NCBI GenBank assembly: GCA_030704615.1
Contig: CM060731.1
Coordinates: forward strand, 66,526,001 to 66,590,000
DNA length: 64,000 bases
Reading direction: 5' to 3'
Source of the DNA: Takakia lepidozioides
Lineage: Eukaryota > Plantae > Bryophyta
Shown here: positions 40,201-51,790 of the stretch, one piece after another
Layout of the letters: every line of letters starts with the position of its first letter
How positions within the stretch are numbered: position 1 is the first letter of the stretch
Notes under the pieces: model-generated
The model's database searches: none
Told to the model about the DNA's origin: nothing
What the model saw: only the letters and a program-made list of their open reading frames with translations
Position numbers and translations under genes: made by a program

Positions 40201-43200
40201 ATTAGAAGAGGAAGGACAGGGCCTTACAGCTGCTCGCTCCCTCCATTGTTACAGATGAAATTTACCCTTGCCAAGGAAGAAGCCCGAAGCCTCTACACAT
40301 AAAACAGGTGAGAAGCATATTGACATTGTAGTTTGGCATGTGTGCCTTGCAGGTCGAGGCGTTGGGTGAGATCGAGCTGGCCACTAAACTGCTAGGCACT
40401 AGTGACGAAGATGATGATGTGCGTGCCTCCTCGCAGACACTCCTCCCCTCCCCCTCCCCCCCCCACATCTTCCTTCAGATATGTGCAAAACCTAAGTTTC
40501 TTTCTTTTTTTTCCTTTGTTTGTTTCGCTCTCTTGTCCTGACACCTTTAGCTATGAGGACCCAAAGTGCTTAGTGACTTACTTGCATGAAGCACTCTGTT
40601 GTACAAGGATGTAACGGTTCCCATTTGAATCCTTTTCCAGTCTGGCCCTATGACCCTATTGCCATCATCATTGGTCTCTATGGTTCACAGATGTATTATG
40701 AGAATGTCTGCACTGGAGAACTTCAGATTGTCCCTCATGAAGTTTCCAGCTGGGGAGGGAAAGTATGTAGTTAGACTGTCATGTGCCCCCAGCTCCAGAG
40801 GGCCCCAAGGTGTGATGATGACATGCATGGTACTTTATCTCTAAGACCTTCATGGGATTGTTACTGTCATTGTTAATGCAGGATCCAGTATACACGCATT
40901 ACAAACATCTAAACTGTGGCATTGAACCTCTTGAAAGCACGAGTGAAGAGGTTGACATGGTATGGTTTGTAATGTGTTCTCTGCTTAGGCATGTGGCGCT
41001 GCATGTTGCAATTCAAACTGTAGACCTGTGAGGTGGTAAACTTCTGTTTGTGTAGCAGCAGTTTGGACATGGATGCCTAAGAACTCTTTAAAATTTAGTC
41101 TTCGGGGATCAAGAACACTGTCGTTACATATGTGTGGATTCTTTCCTGTGGAGCTCGATAAACATTGTGTGGAGCTGCAAATGCAGCAGTCCTGGTAGAA
41201 GTCCTGGTACATGGGCAATGCGGAGAGTGCTAAAAAAAAGCAATGGGGCGCAGATTAAGAAGTATTTGAGGAACACACATGCAGAAACACACTCTAGCTA
41301 CAACCTGGAGGTTTTGCAAGTTTTTCAGGTGGTGCGGCATGGTGAACAGGACTGCTTCCAGCCTGTATGCTTCACATCCCACATTTTTTGAACAATGTCT
41401 CCGTTTTTCAGTTGATCTTTTTGAGGTCCATAGTCGGCCATGATCCTTGCAACTCGGGGTGTTCGGAGACTGAGAACTTTTTGGTGGGAATGTGTGGGGG
41501 GCAGCTAAGATCTCGACTACATAAAATTTGCAAGTATGGAATTTCCAGCTACATTTGTTGTTTCCGCTTGAATGAGAAGTGGAATATTTGTCGAGTTTTG
41601 CAGTTCAAAAAAGTGGATAACCGGATGCTGCTGTGGCATGGCTCCAGACTAAGCAACTGGACTGGTATTCTCTCTCAAGGTCAGTTTCCAGTCACAGCCA
41701 AGCAAGCTACATACATTTTCCACTGCTGATATAGCTAGCATCATCACAAAAGGGAAATGACACCATGGAATTATGTCACAAGTGCACAGTGCTTGAGCGG
41801 ACAGGCCTTATGAAAGGTCATCTTGTTCTGTATGGTCTAAATGGCTCAGGCTGAGGGTTGAGGGCCTACTATTAAAGGTTCCAAACTGTTGAGAACTGGT
41901 TGTTTGCAGGGCTGCGGATAGCGCCTCCGGAAGCTCCCACCTCAGGTTACATGTTTGGAAAGGGAGTCTACTTTGCTGACATGGTGTCTAAGAGTGCAAA
42001 CTACTGCTATACATCTACCAAAGATCCCACTGGCATTCTTCTGTTGTGTGAGGTACCTAGTAGATTTTCAACGACCAATCCACCAATAGTCTGCATCTGA
42101 TTTCTAAGACTGTTGGCTCTCCTACTGTCAGCTGTGCATGTAGAAAGGGTTATGTTAGTAGAACAGGATCTTTACTATACCTCTAAAGTGCGCACCTGCC
42201 TTCTTCACCTGGCAAGCAACGATATAGAAGAAAATCTGCCTTTGTGAATGTCCTCCACTTTGGAGGGAGGGGCAGCAGTCAGGCAGGTTTGTAGGACCAG
42301 AGGAACTTACATCTTCTTATCTGGTTCTGGCGTGGTGCTAAGGTGGCATTGGGTGACATGCGGGAACTATTACATGCAGACTACAATGCTGATAAACTGC
42401 CGCGTGGCAAACTCAGGTGATATCTACTGCGCTTGTCTACTAGACTTCTGACGAGATGTGAACAGAGGGTATTGATGATTTTGTGCGAGTTGTAGGCATA
42501 ACAGTGACTGTAGAACTATTAGAGGGAAGGACAAAGAGAGTGATAAGTTAGAGATAACCTGAAATGCATGCACAGAAAACACAGGAAAATCCTGCATGGG
42601 AAACAAAAAATCGTGGACATAGAGGCACTAACACTCCACACATTCTTCTCCCCTAAAGGCAGGATAAGCCATGTCAGAGCTCACAGAGTAGAAATGGGAA
42701 ATAGTTTGATTAGAGAAGCACTCACCAAAGAGACTAAGAGTTGGAAATTGGGTGCAGTACAAAGGGAGTTGGATCCACAGCCCCTGACCCCAAACAGTCC
42801 AAGATTCTTTCTGATGGGGTGGTTGTGCCCATGGGGAAACCAACCAAACAGCCAGTCGCTGGAGTGAGGATCATCTTTACCTGCCCTAGTCACAAACCCT
42901 CTACTTCTTATTTTGTCATCATCTATGCATTCACTCTTGCAATGAATCTAAGAAGCGAGGACGCTAGAAAGTTGCCATGTCTTTACTTACAACACCCTGA
43001 AGGGGTTGCTGCACCTTCTGTCCCCTCAATGTGCAGCAAGAAAAACCTGTGAGAATTTTGTATCCTATGAAAGCTGCTCAATAGGCTGTGGGTTGAGTAG
43101 GCTGGACATTAAACAATCTTTATCTTATCTTTATCTCATCTCCCACTTTATCCTAATAACTAAAATTAGCTGCAGGAGTCCAACTACAGGTATAAAAAGT

Positions 43201-43563
43201 TTTGTTGGCAGAAAGTGCCTTCACTGCCCCAGATGTGCCTAGTAGTTGATAACATTGGTTGTGTAGGGTATTGTTTCAAACTTCGAACATGATTCCATAC
43301 CATGCCGCTAGTAGAGAATATGCCTGTGCAATCTTTCCAAGATCAGCCTTCTGTCAGAGACCACAATGATATTGAGTAAAGCAGACCAATTTTAGTTGAA
43401 GCACTCTCCCTGTCCCTTCAAGGAGCCCGTAACTTAGTCTGTTTTGTACCGGGGGATGCAGGCGTCACTGCTTTACAATGAGTACATTGTTTACAACTCT
43501 GCCCAAGTTCGGATGCGCTATCTTCTGCAGGTCAAATTCAACCACAAATTCACTGGTCGTTAG
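34212..43563 (+). CDS. PARP2: Poly(ADP-ribose) polymerase, plant PARP2 type (SAP-WGR-regulatory-catalytic). Exons: 34212-34295, 34441-34750, 36712-36836, 37232-37313, 37677-37921, 38255-38387, 38602-38657, 39119-39192, 39468-39514, 39878-39927, 40353-40418, 40882-40959, 41254-41364, 41604-41679, 41910-42052, 42343-42416, 42758-42863, 43462-43563
   Basis: SAP domain [24 protein letters not shown]; KKGRAVLDQ; [17 protein letters not shown]; RWGRVG; MPLGKLSK; [11 protein letters not shown]; [11 protein letters not shown]; [19 protein letters not shown]; LLYNEYIVY. The H-Y-E catalytic triad is intact and exon phases are consistent. Confidence 0.95.
35101..36659 (-). mobile_element. 5'-truncated RTE/RTEX-like LINE in PARP intron 2, flanked by (GA)n
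   Basis: [39 protein letters not shown] and [25 protein letters not shown]. The 3' end has a duplicated ~70-bp unit; (GA)n lies at 35085-35100 and 36660-36678. Confidence 0.75.
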
Positions 43564-43604
43564 CATACTTCCAGTTTTTTAAATCATTTTTGTTCCTCTA
43601 TTTT

Positions 43605-43880
43605 AGCCAGAAGGCTACGGCAAGTGAAGTTTTTAATGAGTAATCTCTCTCCCTCTCTCTCTCTTCGAGGTAAATCACACCACTGGAGTGAGCCTCAAAA
43701 AGGTAGCGCCTCCTCCCTAGTTTCCATCCAAACTGGGTGTGGGGTCTATGGCACAAGACTACTGCAAAATAAGTCTTATGACTACATTCTCTCTCTCTCT
43801 CTCTCTCTCTGGGCGTGGGGACTATGGCCACGAGGCTTACAGCAAACATCGTCGTGTGAGTATATTCTCTGTGTCTCGTG
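43605..43880 (+). mobile_element. Stacked short 3'-end copies of the same LINE family just downstream of the PARP stop codon
   Basis: CAAACTGGG..GGGGTCTATGGC.ACAAG.CTAC.GCAAA..GTCTTATGA.TACATTCTCTCTC matches the reverse complement of 35085-35245. There are two clear copies plus a shorter one, each ending in (TC)n. Confidence 0.7.
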
Positions 43881-46800
43881 TTTGAGGAGCTATGGCTATA
43901 TGTGCCTGACAACAGATAGGGTATGGCACAATTCTCAGTAGTGCCCTCCTAAAGGGAAAAACTAACTCACTCACTCCATGCAATCAGGGCCCTTCCATCA
44001 CAAAAGAATTTATTCATTTAGGAAGAAGGAATCGACCAACTCTATGATCAGGCTTGTCTAATTGAATTACAAACCAATGAAATATAAATCATCTGAATCA
44101 AGATCCATATCTGCTAGGACCTTTGATAGCCCGCGAAAAAGGTTGGCGTTTGCCAAAGCAAGCATAAATTATGGTGTTTTTCCACCCTGAAGGACATAAA
44201 CCTTTTGTTGGGAAAGTGGAGGATAGTCCATTTCAAATGAGGGCAATATACAAAATATGTATTATGTATGAGTGTAGCAGCAATGATGGCCCAACAATGT
44301 ATAGAAATGTGTGTGTCTCCTTTTAGAAGTGTCTCTGACTGACTTCCAGCAAGAGAGGATAGGTAAACTTGTATAGTCTCGCCTCAAGCAGCCCCTGGAA
44401 TTTTTAAATTATGTAAAATTTGTGCCTAAGTTTTTCTTTTTTTAAATTTTAAGAAAGGGGAGGTATCCCTTAGAATTTTATTGATGATTATTGAAGGGAA
44501 AAAAATTAAAACCCTTACAAGCCCGAAGGCTGCCATTAGGCCTAACACACGGGGACCGTGTTGGAGATCCAGGGGAACTGCAATCAAGAGACTATGCCCA
44601 TAGTCCAGAATCGAGAGCATTAAACGATAGTGAAGTCCTCCTTCTAGAGTGAGGAATAAGTAAATCAGAGAGCTAGTGAAGAAAGAACCCAAAGAGGGTG
44701 TAGAACGATGAGTAGCAGAAAGGAAGGAGAATATGAATACAGAAGAAGCTTGCGTGGTAACCTATCTATGAAAGTGTAGTTGTGCTTTAGACGCCAATTT
44801 GACATGTTTCCAATTCATGTCGGACTTGTCAACTTGGGGGATGCCGAAGAGGAGGGACCACTAGTGCTGCCAAGATGGGGGGAATGCCTCAAGGTCAGTT
44901 ACATGTGCTTGCGTCCGTCTCTTCCCCATGTAGCCTAGAATGTGGTGAGGAGAGCAAGCTGACGCTGCAGCGCCCTAGCAATATTTGCACAAAGTTTGGC
45001 CCACGCATGTTTGGCAGCAACCGTCAGGTCAAAGAAAACTTGAGTAAGCACTGCTATAGTTGAGGTATCAGAAGAATCCATGATCTTACACCTGGCTTCC
45101 CATAAGTGCCACAGAGTGGCGCTCCTGAGGGTTTCAAAGACTGGGCAGTTACATGCTTTAGTCTTAGTAAGTTGGCTGTAATTGCGGTGTAGAGTGATCG
45201 GGTCCAACGAGGGGGTTCCCCAGGGTCGATAGAATGATAGAACAAGGGGCCAGATAGCATGTAACTAGGCAATGCTCTAGGGTTTTAATGGTGTTGATAG
45301 AACAACATCCGCAGAGAAGGGATTCTTGGAAGCCTAAAAAATGGCCCACTTTTAAAACCCTATTAGCTATTTGCCACAGAAAGGTACTTAGCTTCGCCGG
45401 TTTGGCTTCGTCCTAAACAAGAGACCAGATGCAGTTCAAGTTTTCCAGCCTGAAGATCGCATGCCCCCATTTGGCGTTCCATTTAGTGGTCCGTGGAGCA
45501 GCCTGCAGGAGGGCCTGGTATGCCTTTTTAGGAGAGTAAGTTAAGGACTGGGGTTGACCACCAAAATTTTAGAGCCATTCTGCCGGGTCCAACTGCAGGC
45601 CTTGAATTGCTTGCCCTCCAATCCAGGCAAATCTCTCTTTTGTCAGCCAAGATAGCAAGGGGATGTTTGGCGGATGTGATGGGTTGAAGTCTTTAGTGGG
45701 AGAAGACCAATGGCAAGTCTGGGCAGGCTGAGCCATAGCAGAATAGATGCTGACCTTTTGAGTGGAGCTCAGAGACAGAGAACCAGAGAAAGAGTCGGCA
45801 TGGAAGCCATAACCACAAAATAGAACATTTTGTATCTCAGAGACATAAACAATTTGGAACTGTTGGGCTTGGAACATCACCCATTGGGAAGGTCAGAGAG
45901 GGAGTTCACTAGCTCTGAGGATGTTTTTCCAGGGATCTGGAACTGCCTGGATAATGGAGTTGATGCCTGCCCTTTAATCTAAGGGATCCGAAAGCGGTCT
46001 CAAAGGAGAGAAGAGTGCGGTGCCAAAGGTCCCGTATTTGGGGGAAGCCCTCTCATCTCCCACACGGCTCATCTTTTGGCCTGATTCTTCTCTACCCTGG
46101 AGGGCTGCGCAGTGTTCATAAATAGGTGTTGTCTTAGGGTGTCGTGAAAGGTTGTTGGCCCTTGTTTTATAAGGAAGGGCCTAAACCTATTCCAAGCTTT
46201 CCAAATAGAATCCCGTAGCGGAGAGCCCAAGGATTTGTGCTTAAACCCTTGTGCAATCCAACGGAGGGAAGGAGCCCATGCTGTAGAACGAAAGGGAGAG
46301 CTGTTGGAAATATTACTAATATCCAACAGTTTCTACCAACCCCCTTCCGGACCCATGAAGCGTGGGAGCCATTTCCATAGCAATGCCTGAATCTGAGTTC
46401 CCGGGTCTAGAACTCCCAGTCCCCTAACTTTTTAGGCAGGTAGATTTGGTGCCAAGAGATTGTGGTCTTTTCCCTTGAGATGAGGCTTGTGCCCCCCAAA
46501 TGAAGTTCCTTATACATCTTTTAACCTCTTGGATAATTTTGGAATTGGGGGCCCCAAATTGAAGCAAAATACCAGATGTCTGCCATTAGGATTTGATGCG
46601 CAATCAGTGCTCTACCTGTGATGGAAAGGTATCTTGATCCCCAGTAAGCCAGCTGACGCTTGAGTTTGGAAATCATGGGTTCCATTCTTTGCTCATCCAT
46701 GATGTTATTCCCAAACGTATGGCCAAACATAGTGGTTGTGTCACCATCCTTGAGCCACACAAGGCCAGGTTGCTTCCCCATATTGCAGGGACAATTCCGA

Positions 46801-46938
46801 TCATGGATCTGGAAGAGTCTCCTACCAACAAAGCTTTGGTTTTAGACCAGTTAACCCGGAACCCAGAGACATTGCAGAACCACTGCAGGGTTTTTTCAGC
46901 AGCTTGCAAGGTGGAAGGATGAGCTTCCAAGAGCAGGA

Positions 46939-47115
46939 TGTCGTGCGCATACATATCGCTACACAACTACATCGCTGTCCAAAACCACACAACACATGTG
47001 CACACCACACACTAGTCCACCACTAGTCCAACCACTAGTCCAACCACTAGGCTACAACTAGTTAATCACTAGGCTGCCACTATGCTGCCCACTATGGCAG
47101 TTACTAGTCCACACA
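46939..47115. repeat. Repeat A, terminal copy (177 bp)
   Basis: Direct repeat of 47437-47613, with about a dozen substitutions. Confidence 0.92.
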
Positions 47116-47116
47116 A

Positions 47117-47434
47117 TGATAAAGAAGAAGAATACAAGCACGAGCTCACAAATCTGAAGCATAAACTCATGCATATATAACCTCATCATTCAAATACAAG
47201 TCAAGCCAAGTGCACCCCACGCCATGGGGAATCCACACTACGGCGCCATAGCTAGACGCGGTGAGGCTCAACTCGAGAAAGATGAGCCTTCCGCGCTTGC
47301 CGTGAAGATAACCACTCCAGGGCCTAAATCTACCTTGACCCCTGGATTAACACTTGGGCCAATCCCAAATGTCAATAATGTAAAAGCTAGCTATTTCCTA
47401 GCTAGTTTCACACTAGTGGTAAAATAACTTGACA
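47117..47434. repeat. Repeat B, internal copy (about 318 bp)
   Basis: Direct repeat of 56210-56526, with about 6 differences; TGATA...TGACA. Confidence 0.92.
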
Positions 47435-47436
47435 GC

Positions 47437-47613
47437 TGTCGTGCGCATACATATCGCTACACAACTACATCGCTGTCCAAAACCACACAACACAAATGCA
47501 CACCACACACTAGTATACCACTAGTCCAGCCACTAGTCCAACCACTAGGTTATAACTAGTCAGTCACTAGGCTGCCATTATGCTGCCCACTATGGCAGTC
47601 ACTAGTCCACACA
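47437..47613. repeat. Repeat A, internal copy, preceded on the minus strand by a PPT-like AGGGGGACGAT (47614-47624)
   Basis: Direct repeat of 46939-47115, separated from B by the dinucleotide GC. Confidence 0.9.
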
Positions 47614-47871
47614 ATCGTCCCCCTAGCTGGTGCTTAGGTCCCTCTAAGTCCAGGTAGCCACAAGATGTGATAGTGACCAAAGCCTCACTAAGTCCTCCAC
47701 CACTATCCCTACTACACTCAAACTCGATAGATCAAGAGGCCGGGTGCAAGAGTTGCCCCATCGTTAGTCGCCGTCTTGCAACCTGTGAACTTGAGCTTGG
47801 GATCTCATGTATTGACTCCTATGAGCTTGGCCTCCCATGTCTTGTTAGCTGCCTCCAGTCATGTCCACAGC

Positions 47872-49785
47872 CTATCCCAAGCTGTGTGGACACAACCAAT
47901 CTCCGTCAGGAACCTTCTCAAGAGGTGGTGTCAAGCATCCCATATGCCAACCCCTTGAGCATCGATCACACACCAGCATGGTGGCTGCCCCTTTGGCAGA
48001 CCCATAGAGCATGCACCTCAAACCTGCAGGTACCACTGCCAAGTTTGGGTCAACTCTGCCATCGACATTGGGAAGGTGACATGGCGCACAATTACGCACA
48101 TGGTCCTTCCAAATCATGCCATCCCGACCCTCTAAGATCAGGACCCCTAAGGGCAACACCTCTCGAACCCTCAGAATAACACGCCCTGCAGTAACATCCA
48201 GAGTCGTAGGAGCAGTTTGCTGCAAATAAACATAGTCACCAGGGCTAAACCTCCGAACCCCAGGACGATATCCTCCACCACGTATAGTGGCATACCTCAA
48301 CGTATCACGGTGCTGTGCAATGGCAAAGTTCTCAAAAGCCATGGGCATGACTTTCTTGAACAACTCTGCACGCTGATCACATGCACGTACCCACACGTCC
48401 GGATCGTCAAGGTTAAGGACTTGAGCAGTGTCCTTACGAATGGCTGCAGGCAAATTCGGCTCTTGGCCAAAGAGAAGGAAATATGGTGAGAAGGAGGCAA
48501 GTGATGCTTGTTTGTTGAACCTGTAGCCCATGGCTAACCAAGGAACCTGAAGATCCCAATCTCCTAGGTGTCCCTTCTGCAAGCCATACTTGCGCAAACC
48601 CCTCTTCACCGTCTGAACAACTCTCTCTGCTAAGCCATTGGCCTCAGGATGATCCCGAGAAGTGGTGCGGTGGTCTATCAAGGCTTTATCACACAAAGCC
48701 TGAAACTCCCCCAAGAACTCTCTCCCTTGGTCCGTGAGTACCTCAGCTGGAGCACCAAATCGGCTAAGCACACGATCCAAGAATGCATACGCAGCCCCCT
48801 CACTAGCCTTGTCAGGCAATGGAACCAACTCAATCCACTTGGAGAAGTGCTCCACCATCACCAACACATATCTGTGGTGGCGCATAGTCAGTGGCAACGG
48901 TCCTGCGAAGTCAAGACTCCACCTGTAGCCCAATCCCATGATTGGTAAAGGATGCAACTGTGGTGTAGGGGCGTTGAATGAAGCACGCACCCTGTCACAC
49001 ACCATGCACCTAGCCACGAACTGTTGCACCTCTGTATGCATACCACGCCACCAATACTGCCCCTGCAGTAAACTGTGAGTGCGTCGCACTCCAAAATGCC
49101 CCAACTCCTCATGGGCATGCCGCACTAACCATGCACGCTGTGTGGGGTGAGGCACAATCCTCACCCGACCATCCTCCCACACTCGAAGTAGGTGTATCCC
49201 CTCCCACTTGAACATCTTGGCTCGTTGCAGGATCCGATCCCTCTCCCTGGCAGTCACAGTGGCTGCCGTGTCTCCCGTGCGGAGGTAGTCCAACATAGCC
49301 GAATCCTCATGTATATCTCTGGCACCACCTAGCTCATCACTAGCCTCAGGGTCCTCAGACACTTCATCTACAGTCATCCCTGTTGTAGGTCCAACCTGAC
49401 CTCCCGATGCCAAGATACACAAAAATGCAGATGCGTGCCATCCCGGCACCATCTCCTCGTCCGTCTCACCATGCCACCGAGCTCTAGTGTCATCCTGCTG
49501 GCTCATGCATGGATTGCGACTCAATCCATCCGCATCCCGATTGACCAAACCTGGTCGATGCACAACCTGAAAGTCATACTCCTGGAGTATGAGTGCCCAC
49601 CGTGCAAGCTTCCCCGTAAGCTTGTCTGACTCCATCAACCACTTGAGTGGCTGGTGATCCGTGACAAGGGTGAAAAGATTGCTGTATAGATAGCACCTGA
49701 AGTGTGCCACGGCCCACACTGCAGCTAAGCACTCTCCCTCATCTCCACCTGTGTGAGCACCGCTCCAAGCCCCAGCATGCTCCAA
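47872..49785 (-). CDS. RNase H C-terminus, integrase (HHCC + DDE) and C-terminal PHD finger
   Basis: EGECLAAVWAV..TDHQPL; HEELGHFG..CMVC; SLDF, TDQG, NGLAER; C..(Y)..MLVCDRCSRGWHMGCLTPPLEKVPDGDWLCP. Confidence 0.92.
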   Translation of the reverse strand: MEHAGAWSGAHTGGDEGECLAAVWAVAHFRCYLYSNLFTLVTDHQPLKWLMESDKLTGKLARWALILQEYDFQVVHRPGLVNRDADGLSRNPCMSQQDDTRARWHGETDEEMVPGWHASAFLCILASGGQVGPTTGMTVDEVSEDPEASDELGGARDIHEDSAMLDYLRTGDTAATVTARERDRILQRAKMFKWEGIHLLRVWEDGRVRIVPHPTQRAWLVRHAHEELGHFGVRRTHSLLQGQYWWRGMHTEVQQFVARCMVCDRVRASFNAPTPQLHPLPIMGLGYRWSLDFAGPLPLTMRHHRYVLVMVEHFSKWIELVPLPDKASEGAAYAFLDRVLSRFGAPAEVLTDQGREFLGEFQALCDKALIDHRTTSRDHPEANGLAERVVQTVKRGLRKYGLQKGHLGDWDLQVPWLAMGYRFNKQASLASFSPYFLLFGQEPNLPAAIRKDTAQVLNLDDPDVWVRACDQRAELFKKVMPMAFENFAIAQHRDTLRYATIRGGGYRPGVRRFSPGDYVYLQQTAPTTLDVTAGRVILRVREVLPLGVLILEGRDGMIWKDHVRNCAPCHLPNVDGRVDPNLAVVPAGLRCMLYGSAKGAATMLVCDRCSRGWHMGCLTPPLEKVPDGDWLCPHSLG

Positions 49786-50774
49786 TCCGTATGCAGCTGA
49801 AAGGGACGCTCCCTGATAGGTCGTCTCAGGATAGGCGCCGAGGTCAACCTCGTTTTGAGCTCTTGAAAAGCTCGTTCCTGCTCATCTTCCCACTGCCACT
49901 CCTGGTCCATCTTGGTCAGCTTGGTTAGAGCCTTTGCAATTGTACTAAATCCATTGACAAACCGTCTATAATAGTTTGTCAACCCCATGAAAGCTCGAAC
50001 TCGGCTCACATCCGTGGGGCGTGGAATTTGTGCAATGGCCTCTACCTTAGTCTGTTGTACCCCCAATCCTCCAGGATATATCATGTGACCCAGATACTCA
50101 ATCTGGTTGTGGAAAAACTTGCACTTCCCCGGATGCAACTTCAATCCATGCGCTCTCAAGCGCTCCAATACCACCTGAAGGTGTCTTTCATGCTCCTCCA
50201 TCGTAACACTAAAGATGATGATGTCATCTATGTAGCATCGAGCAAAGTCCACCCCTGCTAGAATCCTATCCATGACTCTCTGAAACTCTGCAGGAGCATT
50301 CTTAAGCCCAAATGGTAAGAACCGCCACTGATATAGGCAATCTTTGCCGTGCTCATTGATCCCCCAGAATGCCGTCTTCTGCTTGTCCGCCTCCTTGATT
50401 GGCAACTGGTGATATCCGGATCGTAAATACAAAGTGCTAAAGGCCTTAGCATGCCCGATGGCATCAAAGATCTCCTCTGGTGTTGGCATGGCATACTTAT
50501 CGGACTTGGTCTGATGATTTACAGGCCGGTAATCACCGCACATACGTCTCTCCGTCCAATTGCCATAGACATCCTTCTTGGCTAGCATCACTGTGGCTGA
50601 AGCATACTCTCCACCAGAGAGCTCCACCAAACCTGCCTCCCAGAGATCTTGAGTCCTCATCTGAATCAAAGACCTCTCCATGTCACTGTATCTATAGGGT
50701 CTCCGAAAGATTAGCGTGTCAGTGGCCAACTCAATACGGATCTCTTGACCCTTCAGTGCTCCCAAGTCCTTCAA
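49725..50774 (-). CDS. Gypsy reverse transcriptase and RNase H N-terminus (frameshifted by a deletion in RNase H)
   Basis: RMCGDYRPVN, (D>Y)LRSGYHQL, KTAF, LPFGLKNAPAEFQR, YIDD, YLGH, LHTDWS. Confidence 0.95.
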   Translation of the reverse strand: MKDLGALKGQEIRIELATDTLIFRRPYRYSDMERSLIQMRTQDLWEAGLVELSGGEYASATVMLAKKDVYGNWTERRMCGDYRPVNHQTKSDKYAMPTPEEIFDAIGHAKAFSTLYLRSGYHQLPIKEADKQKTAFWGINEHGKDCLYQWRFLPFGLKNAPAEFQRVMDRILAGVDFARCYIDDIIIFSVTMEEHERHLQVVLERLRAHGLKLHPGKCKFFHNQIEYLGHMIYPGGLGVQQTKVEAIAQIPRPTDVSRVRAFMGLTNYYRRFVNGFSTIAKALTKLTKMDQEWQWEDEQERAFQELKTRLTSAPILRRPIRERPFQLHTDWSMLGLGAVLTQVEMRESA

Positions 50775-51239
50775 ATTGAAGGCAAAGCAATTCCTGTAAG
50801 CCCTCAGGAACTGCCGTATACGTCGTCTCTCTCCTCCGGTGACAATGGGTCCAATGTCAGGCTCCCAATTGTCCTCCGTAATTGCAACCTTAAGTCCAGT
50901 GGGCTTAGAGGTAGAGGACGCGTCCAGTGGTTGCTATGTTGCAACCTCTTGAGCAGTACTCCCTGCCTGCTCAGTCAATGACAAGGCCTCATCCTGCCCC
51001 ATCATCTCATCCTTGAGGACCTCCTCAACCCGAGAAGAATCCCCAACCTCATCCATCACAGCCGCCTTGGCTGCCAACTCCATCTGAACCTCGAGCACCT
51101 TCCACGTGTGCCATGGATGCATGCACCCCGTGGTCCTCACATGCTCGCCCCCACTCACTGCCTGTACCGTCTCGGTAGGCAGAGAGACCATTGAGGGAAG
51201 TGTACTCCGCACTCTGCGTTGCTCAGCCAGAGCCAAGCT

Positions 51240-51790
51240 GATAATCCAGGTCAAGCAATTGAGATCCATTGCTTGCCCCAACACTTGACGACGTGATGCC
51301 TCAGAAAGAGACGACACCGCCGTGGTACCAGTGGTAAAACCCATTGCCCGCTCATGCTCGTCAGCATTAGGCTCCACTAACTGCTGCAACTGAGCATCCC
51401 ACAGGAGGCCAGGTCCACTATCTCGGAAAGCATGCGATCCTGGGAAGCTGAGCAGTGTAGGTAATGCTGCTCGTGGTTGACCCACCTTGTTGACCACTGC
51501 CAAAGGCGAACGGTCATCGTGTCTCACACGCTGAGACTGCCTCCCTGTGTCCAGAATGTTATCCACTGTGAGATGTGCTGGCCGCTGCACCCCATCAAAT
51601 GCACGCTTGAGCAGTGCGGGTGGCATCAAGTTAGTCCACCATAGCCGTGGACGATGAGCCCGTGACCCCACTGTAGCTGCATCTAGCAACACTGCTGACC
51701 CAAGCCACGACCGGACTTGATGCACACTGGTCATCACCCTGGCTCGAGAATCGCCCATCAGTGGCACATTCTCCAAGATGTATGCTCCCC
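51240..51790 (-). CDS. C-terminal half of a DNMT3-like C5 cytosine DNA methyltransferase inside the retroelement polyprotein
   Basis: Motif VI YILENV, LLDAA, motif VIII AHRPRLWWTN, motif IX ERAMGFTTGTT, motif X SRRQVLGQAMD. Motifs I (FxGxG) and IV (PC) are absent. Confidence 0.85.

Noticed and set aside
46939-47613. Assembly artefact, or an unrelated solo LTR beside a normal LTR element
   Set aside because: The repeat copies differ by several substitutions. The only TSD brackets the whole 46939-56526 unit, and the PPT abuts A while the PBS abuts B.
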